Position numbers and translations under genes: made by a program. The notes under the pieces were generated by a model, which saw only the letters and a program-made list of their open reading frames with translations, was not told where the DNA came from and did not search any database. Below are positions 51,851 to 64,000 of a DNA stretch of 64,000 nucleotides, in pieces. The stretch comes from Octopus sinensis (taxonomy: Eukaryota). The stretch's first letter is position 1, and the number at the start of each line of letters is the position of its first letter. The stretch lies in contig NC_043022.1 in NCBI RefSeq assembly GCF_006345805.1, positions 24,800,001-24,864,000 of the forward strand, written 5' to 3'.

Positions 51851-52695
51851 TATCATCCGTCTTAAAGTTCTGAGTTCAAATTCCGCCAAGGTCGACTTTG
51901 CTTTTTATCCTTCGGTGGTTAGTAATATAAGTACCAGTTGAGCAGTGGGGGTCGATGTAATCGACTTACCCACCCCGCTGAACCCATTTTGCGGCAAGAA
52001 ATGCAGATGGGGACAGCAGTCTCAAACTCCCTTATTCACCAAATGCCACATATCAGAGACGGTCTCAAGTAGTGAAAGTGTGGGAAAGTTAATGGCGGTA
52101 CTGCAGTATGGCAACACCTCCCGAGCTGAAACCAGTAAAGAATACACAACACACACACACGTATATAGATATGCATGCATGTATATGTATATAAATATTT
52201 GTGTGTGTATATGTGTATCCGTGTATATGTGTATGAACACACACATCGCCTTATATTTATACTTATACTTATACTTATACTTATACGCTGCCACCACCGT
52301 CCCAATCACCTCCACCACCACCACCACCACCACCACCATACCACCACCAACCCTACCACCACCACCGCTGCCACCAATACCTATTTCTTTACTACCCACA
52401 AGGGGCGGCTAAACACAGAGGGGACAAACAAGGTCAGACAAACGGATTAAGTCGATTACATTGACCCCAGTGCGTAACTGGTACTTAATTTATCGACCCC
52501 GAAAGGATGAAAGTCAAAGTCGACCTCGGCAGAATTTGAACTCAGAATGTGACGGCAGTCAAAATACCTATTTCTTTACTGCCCACAAGGGGCTAAACAT
52601 AGAGGGGACAAGCAAGGTCAGACAGACGGATTAAGTCGATTACATCGACCCCAGTGGGTATGCGTAACTGGTACTTAATTTATCGAACCCGAAAG

Positions 52696-53066
52696 GATGA
52701 AAGGGAAAGTCGACCTCGGCGGAATTTGAACTCAGAACTTAACGGCAGACGAAATACCGCTAAAGCATTTTGCCCGGCGTGCTAACGTTTCTGCCAGCTC
52801 GCCGCCAATACCACCACCACCACCACCATCACCACTAACAATAACAACAGCATCACTGTTTCCATTGCCATCATCACAGCCACCTTCACAACCCCACCAT
52901 CACCATCACCCCGCTCCATCCCAGCTCCGACCCTGACCCCACCCCTCACCACCCACCTGACGCTGCCGTCATTGGATAGGAAGGATCAGGCCATCGGCTG
53001 AGTCTGTTCCGAAGATTGTTCTGCCACCCTCCTTTGGCTGAAGAAAAGCAGGCAACCTTTGTTGAT
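52696..53066. repeat. Inverted duplicate of 63525-63888
   Basis: The SINE 5' half, a (CCA)-rich linker and ~105 nt of complex sequence are all shared in reverse complement. Confidence 0.95.
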
Positions 53067-53399
53067 TTCTTTGCAGCCACTTGAGACATGAATATGCAAA
53101 TATCGAACCCTACACAGTCCAGCATTCGATTGTATTGAGCACGCTGAGCATATCTGTGTTTCTGTGCCACAAAATTCACGCCGTATACCATAAATTAATT
53201 CTCAATACTCCAGGACATGAAAGTTTTATTCAAACAATTCTTTATTTTACACTATGGATCGTTATTGTATCTTTGAAACATTTACCATCTGTCTGAATTA
53301 CAAAGATGCTTGTTAAATAATCAATACGAACAGCAAAATATCTGTGAAAATAAATATTTCATCGCTAATAAATCTGTTTTTCTTGTAAATAGATCTCTG

Positions 53400-53705
53400 A
53401 GTCCCTAACGAAATCAATAACATAAAAGAATGCTGCAAGTTCTGTTATTGCTGCGAAGATCAACAAAACTATTAAACGAAATCTGAACAAGAAGGATTGC
53501 TCTGAATATGGTATGGATTGAATATCAGAATGTCTTGCAGTGTTGTACACACGTAAATTCCGGAAACATTACACTTTTGTATCACTGTTTTGTGGATCTT
53601 TGTGAGGCCTTCGATATTGTGATCAGGGATGCGTTCTAGATTGTCTTGGAAAAGTATGGATGCTCAGACAAATTTGTTAAAATGATAAAGTTACTGCACA
53701 AAGAG
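53400..53705 (+). pseudogene. RTE-clade reverse transcriptase fragment
   Basis: LYHCFVDLCEAFDIVIRDAF*IVLEKYGCSDKFVKMIKLLH matches the RTE FVDLxKAFD..KYGCPxKF motif. Confidence 0.8.
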
Positions 53706-53721
53706 TGCAGTAACTTTAACA

Positions 53722-54160
53722 AGGCACAGGAGTGACTGTGTGGTAAGTAGCTTGTTTACCAACCACAAGGTTCCGGGTTCAGTCCCACTGCGTGGCACCT
53801 CGGGCAAGTGACTTCTGCTATAGCCTCGGGCCGACCAAAGCCTTGTGAGTGGATTTGGTAGACGGAAACTGAAAGAAGCCCGTCGTATATATGTATATAT
53901 ATATATATGTGTGTGTATGTGTGTGTGTGTGTGTGTGTGTGCGTGTGCGTGTATGTTTGTGTGTCTGTGTTTGTCCCCCTAGCATTGCTTGACAACCGAT
54001 GCTGGTGTGTTTATGTCCCCGTCACTTAGCGGTTCAGCAAAAGGACCGATAGAATAAGTACTGGGCTTACAAAGAATAAGTCCCGGGGTCGAGTTGCTCG
54101 ATTAAAGGCGGTGCTCCAGCATGGCCGCAGTCAAATGACTGAAACAAGTGAAAGAGTAAA
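53722..54160 (+). mobile_element. Full-length F1 SINE (representative copy)
   Basis: GGCACAGGAGTGACTGTGTGGTAAGTAGC head, internal TA/TG microsatellite, tail GAAACAAGTGAAAGAGTAAA. Confidence 0.9.
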
Positions 54161-54215
54161 GATATTAAGGATGCAATTTGGCGCAAGTGAGGCAGAACGG
54201 ATTCCAGCCGACACG

Positions 54216-54395
54216 CTCACCTGCCATATTTGTAATAAGATATATAAATCCCACGCTGATCTACAAAGGCATTTAATTATCCATAAATCAGAATAGACAC
54301 AATACGCTGTGTCTCTAGAGGAAAGACATATTTGTACCGTTTGTAATGCAAATTTCAAACAGCTATCGGGACTCAAAAGCCAGTTACGTTCTCCT
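54216..54395 (+). pseudogene. Two C2H2 zinc-finger motifs separated by a stop
   Basis: LTCHICNKIYKSHADLQRHLIIH and HICTVCNANFKQLSGLKSQLRS; TAG at 54294-54296. Confidence 0.75.
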
Positions 54396-56457
54396 GCACG
54401 GAGAAGCCACATCTAACAAGAAGTAGTCAAGCTTTGAATAGAAGCAGACGATCTCAATGTGCATAATATATACTCTTTTACTTGTTTCAGTAATTTGACT
54501 GCGGCCATGCTGGAGCACCGCCTTTAGTCGAGCAAATCGACCCCGGGACTTATTCTTTGTAAGCCCAGTAGTACTTATCCTATCGGTCTGTTTTGCCGAA
54601 CCGCTAAGTAACGGGGGCGTAAACACACCAGCAACGGTTGTCAAGCAATGCTAGGGGGACAAACACAGACACACAAACATATACACACACACTTATATAT
54701 ATATATACATATATACGACAGGCTTCTTTCAGTTTCCGTCTACCAAATCCACTCACAAGGCATTGGTCGGCCCGGGGCTATAGCAGAAGACACTTGCCCA
54801 AGATGCCACGCAGTGGGACTGAACCCGGAACCATGTGGTTGGTTAGCAAGCTACTTACCACACAGCCACTCAAATAGTGATTATATTGCCAAACTAAAAA
54901 TGGATCTTCGTCATGTTTCGACGTTGAGTATTCAACAGTTCGATCAGCTGAGCTACCCGATCATTGAATTCGCGTATCAGTGGCTGATTAATCCACAAAT
55001 GGAGGCGCAATGGCCCAGTGGTTAGGGCAGCGGACTCGCGGTCGTAGGATCGCGATTTCGATTCCAAGACCGGGCGTTGTGAGTGTTTATTGAGCGAAAA
55101 CACCTAAAGCTCCACGAGGCTCCGGCAGGGATGATGGTGATCCCTGCTGTACTCTTTCACCACAACTTTCTCTCACTCTTACTTCCTGTTTCTGTTGTAC
55201 CTGTATTTCAAAGGGCCGGCCTTGTCACTCTCTGTGTCACGCTGAATATCCCCGAGAACTGCGTTAAGGGTACACGTGTCTGTGGAGTGCTCAGCCACTT
55301 ACACGTTAATTTCACGAGCAGGCTGTTCCGTTGATCGGATCAACCGGAACCCTCGTCGTCGTAACCGACGGAGTGCTTCCAAAATTCCACAAATACATGC
55401 AGACACAATGTGACAAAATCAGATTTTAAAATCTCAGATCGAAACATCCGACGGGCTTCCATTCAGTTTCCGTCTACCCTATTTCACTTGTAAGGTTAAG
55501 GAAAATGATACACGTCCAAGACGTCAGGCAACAGCGTTATTGCAAAGCGAAAATTTTAACCATTTGGCTATTTATTCAGTTACGTTTCTTATTTCTTTAC
55601 TGCCCACAAGGGGCTACGCGCAGAGGGGACAAACAAGGACAGACAAATGGATTAAGTCGATTACATCGACCCCAGTGCGTAACTGGTACTTATTTAATCG
55701 ACCCCGAAAGGATGAAAGGCAAAGTCGACCTCGGCGGAATTTGAACTCAGAACGTAACGGCAGACGAAATACCTATTTCTTTACTACCCACAAGGGGCTA
55801 AACACAGAGAGGACAAACAAGGACAGACAAACATATTAAGTCGATTATATCGACCCCAGTGCGTAACTGGTACTTTTTTAATCGACCCCGAAAGGATGAA
55901 AGGCAAAGTCGACCTCGGCGGAATTTGAACTCACAACGTAACGGCAGATGAAATACCGCTTAGCATTTCGCCCGGTGTGCTTACTATTCTGCCAGCTCGC
56001 CGCCTTTGGCTATTCAGTTACGTTTCTGGGGCACGTTTTCATTATACTGGCTGTTAGGTCTGTTGCACATGTCAGTGTGTTAAAAGGAATTGAAATGACT
56101 ATTAGCATTGTAAGCCATGTAATGCAGATCCTCCCCTTGATGTATGATAGATAACAGCCGATTCCGACGATTTATGCCGCTCACACTTTTGTAGAACTTT
56201 ATCTAACTAAATTGTATGAATTTAGTGAGGAAAAAGAAAACAAAGCGGAAACAAAAGCGAATGCAATCTGCACCCCCAAACACCCAGAAAAGTAAAAAAT
56301 CAAACAAAACAAATAAAAAATAACTACCAACAATAAAACATACTAAATGATGCAAAGAAAAAAGATATATATATATATATATGCACATGTGTATGTACAC
56401 ACACACACACAGAGGCACATGTATATGTATATATATATATATACATATAAACACGTG

Positions 56458-56500
<43 letters not shown>

Positions 56501-56846
56501 GCATACACACGCACACACACGTATACGCACATACACATACATCTATCCAACTAAATAATGAACATGGTTTAAAAGCGATGGATGAGTTGGTTGAATTAGA
56601 CGACTATCTGATAATCCTTCGATATCAATTACAATAGTGAAAGTGAAAGTAGAGCTTTGTTGATGTTTTGATAAGATAACATATTTACATAATACGATGT
56701 TACTCCCTCCCTCTCAAACGCTATTTTTGTTTTGCGTCTCGTTTTCACTCTCACGCTATTATATTTCATTCCATTTCGCTCACTTTGTTCCTCAACTTTT
56801 TCTCTTTGTCTCTTACTCTCTTGATCTCTTATGTTCTTCCTTACTG

Positions 56847-56882
<36 letters not shown>

Positions 56883-58033
56883 CTCTCTGTCTATTCTATT
56901 TTCTGTCTGTCTGTTCTATTTTCATTTCTTTCTGCCTCTCCTTTTCTTTCTCTCTTATTCTCACGATTTCTTTCTTTTTTCTCTCTTTCCTTTTTCTTTC
57001 TTTCCGTCTTTCTTTCTTTCTCTTTTTTTTCCTTCCATACTCTTCCATTCTCTCTCTGTTCTACTTCTTTGTCTCATTCTTCACAACTCTTCTCTTTCCC
57101 TCCTTTCTCTCTTCTTGAGTATCACTTAAATTTTCTTAACCCCAAGTCACCACCACCATCACCATCAACACCACAACCACCACCACAATTATAATCACCG
57201 CCACCACCACTCTCACCACCCCAATCTTCATCTAAACCTTATTCTACCTCTCTCTTTATAATGCTGTACGTTGGCAGAATCGCAAAGCTTCAGACAAAAT
57301 ACATAACTTCATTTTTTCCATCTTTATGGTCTCAGTTCAAATTCCACCTAGGTTGACTTTGCTGTTCATCCTTTCAGAGTTGGTAAAATAAGTACCAGTT
57401 GCACACCGGGATCGATATAGTTGACTAACCCATCCCCACAAAATTTTGAGCCTTTGTCGTTTCTATGCTTTCTTCTATGTATTTAATCTATGATCTCATG
57501 ACTCCTTTATGAGGTCCTTTCCATAGACCTTTATGTCATCCACTGTACTCTCACTTTATGACCTTCCTTATGATCCTTCTTAATGATTGCTTGTGTGTCT
57601 ATTTATGTATTTTGTCCCACTTTATTACCTGCATATTATGACCTTTATTTTTTATGATTTCCCTTATGACTCACACATGCCTTGGCTTCTTTTATGACCC
57701 TCATTTATGATCGTCTTTATGACCTTAAATTTTTATCTCCTTTATGCCTTTTATTTATGTCCCCTTTTATGATTTATCTATGACTCATTAATGATCATCA
57801 ATTAAGGCTCTCCTTCAAGACCCTTCCTTTTGATCTACTTTTGACTTTCCTTATGTCCTCACTCTATGATCTTCTTTCTAACCCTCCAATATGACACCCA
57901 CCACTTATATTATCCTTTAAAGCCAGACATGGGTAACATGCATAGAAAAAAAACCCCTCGGTTTAAGAAAATTCCTATCCTCATATGGGGGTGGATCAGG
58001 AATACAAGAATGTTCATACATAGATCAACATAG

Positions 58034-58450
58034 GGATCTTTTCGGTTTGAACGGCAGTTTTTTTCTAGCGGTGTCATATGAAATTGTCACCCATAATTAT
58101 GACCCTAGTATCGATCTATTGCATTTCAATCTGTTTTAGGGTTAGGGTTAGGGGGGGGGGTATCTTTTTTTTCTTCAGAAATGTAAATAAACCCAATCTG
58201 TTTTTTAAACGAGGGACATATTCATAAGTCACAGAATGTTTTTTTTACCTCAATAGACGTCATTGATTGGTTGAAATTGCAGAAATTGAAGAAAAAAAAC
58301 AACAAATATCTTATGAACTATAGAATTTTCTCAATAAAGCCAAGAGAAAAAGATGTTTTATAAACACATTCTACCAGTATACAAAGTTTAAAAGTGTTTA
58401 GTTACGTGGAAATTATTTTTAAAAAACTGCCGTTCAAACCGAAAAGATCC
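58034..58450. mobile_element. Second copy of the GGATC-TIR MITE
   Basis: Same TIRs and internal TTAGGG repeats as 32486-32880. Confidence 0.85.
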
Positions 58451-60861
58451 CAATATAGTTCTATAGTTAAGAGATGAGTTTGTTGTGTTAACAACAAACA
58501 AGATGAGGACAAATATGTCGAATGTAAATAATATAAATAATGTAAATAATGTACATAGATCAATGTTTAAACATTTCACTCTTCAAAGTTTAAAAACCTT
58601 ATTTTTGATTGATATCATCATCATCATCGTCAGCATCCTCATCAACAACTATTATTGCATCATCATCGAAGGAGCTGTGATGAGGTTACACGATCCGTAA
58701 TTGCAAAAAATTATCAGTCAAATATGTTTGGAATAGCGTTTTAGAAGTGGAGAGGGTTATCCAATTGATGTAATCCTAAATAACTTTAAGATAATGGGGA
58801 CGGTCACGACTGGAATGTCTTATCATAGCTCTGCTGAACCCTCAGTTGAACATGAACTGAATTACAGGCAATAACAACAAGAGCAAGAAAAAGAACGAAA
58901 GCACCACCACCACCACCACCACCACCACCACCACCACCACCACCACTACCACCTTTTGACTGTGGCCATGCTGGAGCACCACCTTTAAAATGAGCAAATC
59001 GACACCAGGATTTATTCTTTGTAAGCTTAGTACTTATTCTATCGGTCTCTTTTGCTGAACCGCTAAGTTACGGGGACGTAAACACACCAGCATCGGTTGT
59101 CAAGCGATGTTGAGGGGGGGGGGGAAGCGCAGACGCACAACCGTAAAGATATATGACAGGCTTCTTTCAGTTTCCATCTACCAGATCCACTCACAAGGCT
59201 TTGGTCGGCCCGACACTATAGTAGAAGACACTTGCCCAAGGTGCCATGCAGTGGGACTGAACCCGGAACCATGTGGTTGATATATATATATATATATGGT
59301 GTGTGTGTGTGTTTGTGTTTGTGTGTATCCTCTTCTAATGGGACAAACACACGAACCAGTGTTGGTTAGTTTATGTCCCCCGTAACTTAGTGTTTCGGGA
59401 AAAAGAGGCTATGAAATAAAAACCGGGCTTAAAATAAATACTGGGGCGAATTTATTTAACTAAAACTCTTCGTAGCGGGGTGCCCCAGTATGGCCGCAGT
59501 TTAGTAACTGAAACAAATAAAAGAATGCAGATAAAAGACATCAAGGAAAGAAAAGCAAAAAAAATTAAAAAATGGAAAATCATGAAAAACAAAAATAAAA
59601 ACAAAACTGAAACACACTAAAACTAAAAACAACAACAACAACACAAAAACAGAAAAAAAAAACACTCGAAAAAAAAAAAACAAAAAAAAACACTCGAAAA
59701 AACAAAAAAAAACACTCGAAAAAACAAAAAAAAACAACGAAAATTAAAACAACTTCTTTCAAGAAAGAAAATTAAAAATGTCTGCCATTAATTGAGACAT
59801 ACGAGAAGGAATAAACCGAATTTGGTAACATCTATTCTATGGCATATCGTGTCAAAGATATCTTTATCACCTGCTTACTGATTCTTTATTAAATTCATCT
59901 AAACCAAACCAATATTATTTGCTGTCTATATTGTAGTATATTATGTTATGTTGGTGTTATATGCTTAGTGTTGCTGTTGTTATGTATTTGATTATATTGT
60001 GTTGCTGCATTGTAAGTGCATTGTAATGAAATATGCTTTTTTTATTGTGGTATAATATATGATTATGTTATGTAGTATTTATTGTGTTCTATAGCGTTCA
60101 CAGTGTATTTTGTTGTGCTAGACTATATTGTAATTATATTGTATTGTTATGTGATCTATACTACTTTGTTATATTATGTTGTATTTTATATGTGTATGTG
60201 TGTGTGTGTGTATTACTCTTTATTCTTACTCTTTTACTTGTTTCAGTCATTTGACTGCAGTCATGCTGGAGCACTGCCTTTAGTCGATCGACCAAATCAA
60301 CCCCAGGACTTCTTCTTTGTAAGCCTAGTACTTATTCTATCGATCTCTTTTGCCAAAGCGCTAAGTTACGGGGACGCAAACAAACCAGCATCGGTTGTCA
60401 AGCGATGTTGGGGCGACAAACACAGACACACAAACACACACACACACATACACGCATATACATATATATACATATATACGACGGGCTTCTTTCAGTTTCC
60501 GTCTACCAAATCCACTCACAAAGCTTTGGTCAGCCTGAGGCTCAAGTAGAAGACACTTGCTCAGGGTGCCACGTAGGGAGACTGAACCCAGAACTATGTG
60601 TTTGGGAAGCAAGCTTCTAACCATGCAGCCACGCCTGGGCCTATATATATATATATATGTGTGTGTGTGTATTCTGTAAATAACAATAACTATAAGCTTA
60701 AAGTGTATAAGCGTTCATTGTGTATAGGCTAAAGAAAAGAGTCTAATATTGGCACGTATAAGCCCTTGACGGAAAAATAACTGGGTATTAGTAGGCTTAT
60801 AAGCTTTAAGCAAACAATTATTATTATTTACAGATTTTTTATTCTTCAGTGTTTCATTTAA

Positions 60862-61080
60862 CCTTTTGTTACTAACCCGGCCAAAACCGGCTCTGGTTCT
60901 GTGGTGCAATGTCCTGCTTTCATAAGTTTTGAATTAAAATCTTCCACCAAACCTTAGTCACAATTTATATTTCTAACACTAGCTTAATGATAACTAAGTT
61001 ATTTTACTAAATTCTTTGTTATATTTAAAATAATTGAAAGAAACACAGAGCATCTCAAAATAAATACAGTAACAAAAGGG
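60862..61080. mobile_element. piggyBac-type MITE
   Basis: TTAA|CCTTTTGTTAC ... GTAACAAAAGGG|TTAA. Confidence 0.85.
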
Positions 61081-61535
61081 TTAACGCAGTATACACACGC
61101 GCACACACACACATTTAGGATAGCTCTATTTACTATTCCTCTACACCTGGGCATATCCATCAGTACACACACATTAGAATTACTCTCATTCCAATAATGG
61201 GAGAAGCCCCTGATTTTCATCGCCCCCGCGTATATACTTTCTCTTTGGTAATGCTTCCCTTATGTAAATGTTTTTCTCAGATAAATTGCATTTAATCTCT
61301 TTTACTCTCTTTTACTTGTTTCAGTCATTTGACTGTGGTCATGCTGGAGCACCGCCTTTAATCGAGCAAATCGACCTCCAGGACTTATTCTTTGTAAGTC
61401 TAGTACTTATTCTATCGGTGTTTCTTTTGCCGAACCGCTAAGTGACGGGGACGTAAACACACCAGCATCAATTGTCAAGCGATGTTGCGGGGGTGACAAA
61501 CGCAGACACACAAACACATGCACACACATACACAG

Positions 61536-61580
<45 letters not shown>

Positions 61581-61591
61581 GAGATAGATAG

Positions 61592-61643
<52 letters not shown>

Positions 61644-62849
61644 CATACATATGCGACAGGCTTCTTTCAGTTTCCGTCTACCAAATTCACTCACTAGGCT
61701 ATGGTCGGCCTGAGGCTATAGTAGAAGACACTTGCCCAAGGTGCCACACAGTGGGACTGAACCCGGAACCATGTGGTTGGTAAGCAAGCTTCTTACCACA
61801 CAGCCACTCCTGTGTTACTCAGGTACTCAGCTGTGAGTCCACTTCATCTTATAACGGAAACAGCTGTAAGCTAATGAAGTTCACATAAACGTTTATTGTT
61901 TTGTCTTAACGTTTTCTAATGTGTATATATGCATATATGTATGTATGTATGCATGAATGTATGCATGTATGTATGCATATATCTGTCTGTCTATCCATCT
62001 ATAAATACAGATATGTATATATGTATATAAATATAAATGTAAATGTATGTGTATGTGTATATGTGTATATACATACATACTTACATACAGATGCAGCCGT
62101 ACATGCACACACACATATACACACACACACACACACACTACTATACACACACACTCCTAACAAGTATACGTCTTAAGTTGATGCTAAATTAAAGTGGCAT
62201 AAAAATGATTACAGTTTTTTTTTTTCATTTTAAAAATTGATGCTTATTTTTGAGTTACCATTTATTTAACCATGCTCAAGGAACATTTTGAAGCACAGAT
62301 TTTCTTGTATTGATTTATGCTAATGGTTTTACTTCCACAGTTTATTCTTGTTTATTTTAGCTGTCAAATTAAGAACTGAGAAAGAAAAAGGGGAAAAAAA
62401 GTAATTTTGAACAATCTTATGGAACACAAAGAAACGGAAACAATTCGGAGTATCAACGAAACATTGAAATCAGGGACCTGTCAAATAGGGTAAAATATAA
62501 TACTTCTTCCTAAGTCATATAGACTGATAAGGGCCGGTTTCCCAGATTCTCTGGTGTGTAAATTCCCCAGTGGGACGGGACGCCGGTCTGTTGCAGGATT
62601 ACTCATTTTTGCCAGCTGAGTGGACTGGAGCAATGTGAAATGAAGTGTTTTGCTCAAGAACACAACGCATCACCCGGTCCAGGAATCGAAACCACAACCA
62701 TACGATCATGAGTTCAACACCCTAACCACTAAGCCATGGCCTCCACGCACACACATATATAAATATATTTATATAAATGTGACCACGTGTGTACTGTTGG
62801 CGACTTTTTTTCCTCCCTCTTCCCTTCTTTGGATCTTTCCTTTTCCTAT

Positions 62850-62884
62850 GTTTCTGACGAAGAGCTCCGCTCGAAACGTTAAAT
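62850..62884 (+). ncRNA. Minimal hammerhead motif in a Penelope-type short element (62770-62975)
   Basis: GTTT-CTGACGA-A-GAGC(TCC)GCTC-GAAA-CG-TT-AAAT; palindromic ACGT stem III. Confidence 0.75.
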
Positions 62885-62990
62885 CCTCCTTCTTTCCTGA
62901 GCGTCCAATAACACTGTACTTGTTCCACGTCCTCGCGTTGTTGTTTTCTCTTTGTGTTTTCATGTTTGGATTAACTATATATATATATAT

Positions 62991-63030
<40 letters not shown>

Positions 63031-63137
63031 TACACTTTTTATAATATTTTTGATAAGGTTCGTTTTTTCAAGAACCGAAACATGTAAAATTCATAAGAAA
63101 ATTAAAATTTACCTAATATAGTGGCGTTTTCAAACTT

Positions 63138-63168
<31 letters not shown>

Positions 63169-63524
63169 TCTTCTATTCTTTTATTTGTAGCAGTCATTTG
63201 CATCACCCGGTCACCCGGTCCAGGGATCGAAACCACAATCTTACAATCAAGAGTCCAACACCGTAGCCACTAAATCACGTGCCTCCACTCTCAACTAGCA
63301 TACAGCTAAATCAGTTCACCTCAGTTTCACTTCCTACTGAGCTTCTGAGCTCATTGGGAAGCAAGCTGGTATCACTGGTTTCTGGTGGCTGTGGTTTTCT
63401 CTGCATCCAGCCATATGATATTAGCCTCTCTCATGCCGGTTATGAATGTCCTGCGCTATGTAGTTTATGGTTTAGCTCTTCCGTCTTTTCCCCTTCAGTG
63501 GTGTTGTTCTGATATCCGATATAT

Positions 63525-63888
63525 ATCAGCAAAGGTTGCCTGCTTATCTTCGGCCAAAGGAGGGTGGCGGAATGATCTTCGGAACAGACTCACCCGATGG
63601 CCTGATCCATCCTATCCGATGACAGCAGCGACATGTAGGTGGTGGCAGGTAGGGTCAGGGTTGGAGCTGGGATGGAGCGGGGTGATGGTGATGGTGGGGT
63701 TGTGAAGGTGGCTGTGATGATGGCAATGGAAACAGTGATGCTGTTGTTATTGTTAGTGGTGATGGTGGTGGTGGTATTGGCGGCGAGGTGGCAGAAACGT
63801 TAGCACGCCAGGCAAAATGCTTAGCGGTATTTCGTCTGCCGTTACGTTCTGAGTTCAAATTCCGCCAAGGTCGACTTTGCCTTTCATC
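63525..63888. repeat. Inverted duplicate of 52696-53066
   Basis: Reverse-complement match to 52696-53066. Confidence 0.95.
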
Positions 63889-64000
63889 ATGATAGAATGG
63901 CGTTGTTCTGATAGCCTGCTAGTTTTAAATCTTCGAGGAGTAATATTTATCTTCACTTAAACGTGGATGTTCTATTGGAACAAGCTATACTGAAGTACTT

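Overview
AT-rich, repeat-saturated animal genomic DNA, most likely octopus/coleoid cephalopod (inferred from the tRNA-derived SINE families and extreme microsatellite density), with one 100-N scaffold gap at 32237-32336. There is no intact long CDS; almost all listed ORFs are microsatellite or SINE artefacts. Recognisable content: many SINE copies, decayed RTE, CR1, R4/Dong and Penelope retroelement pieces, a Tc1 transposase fragment, Helitron, piggyBac-, Mutator- and mariner-type MITEs, two tandem decayed LRR-like pseudogene units (about 21.9-29.2 kb), and a few candidate exons of an unidentified gene. The most striking signal is a set of type I hammerhead ribozyme motifs in at least six unrelated small Penelope-type or foldback elements. 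These include a fully canonical GUC hammerhead at 4571-4615, a G3:C8 compensatory-swap core at 44657-44707, a U6 variant present in two copies, and a palindrome carrying a hammerhead on each strand. All structures were read by eye and no activity has been shown.
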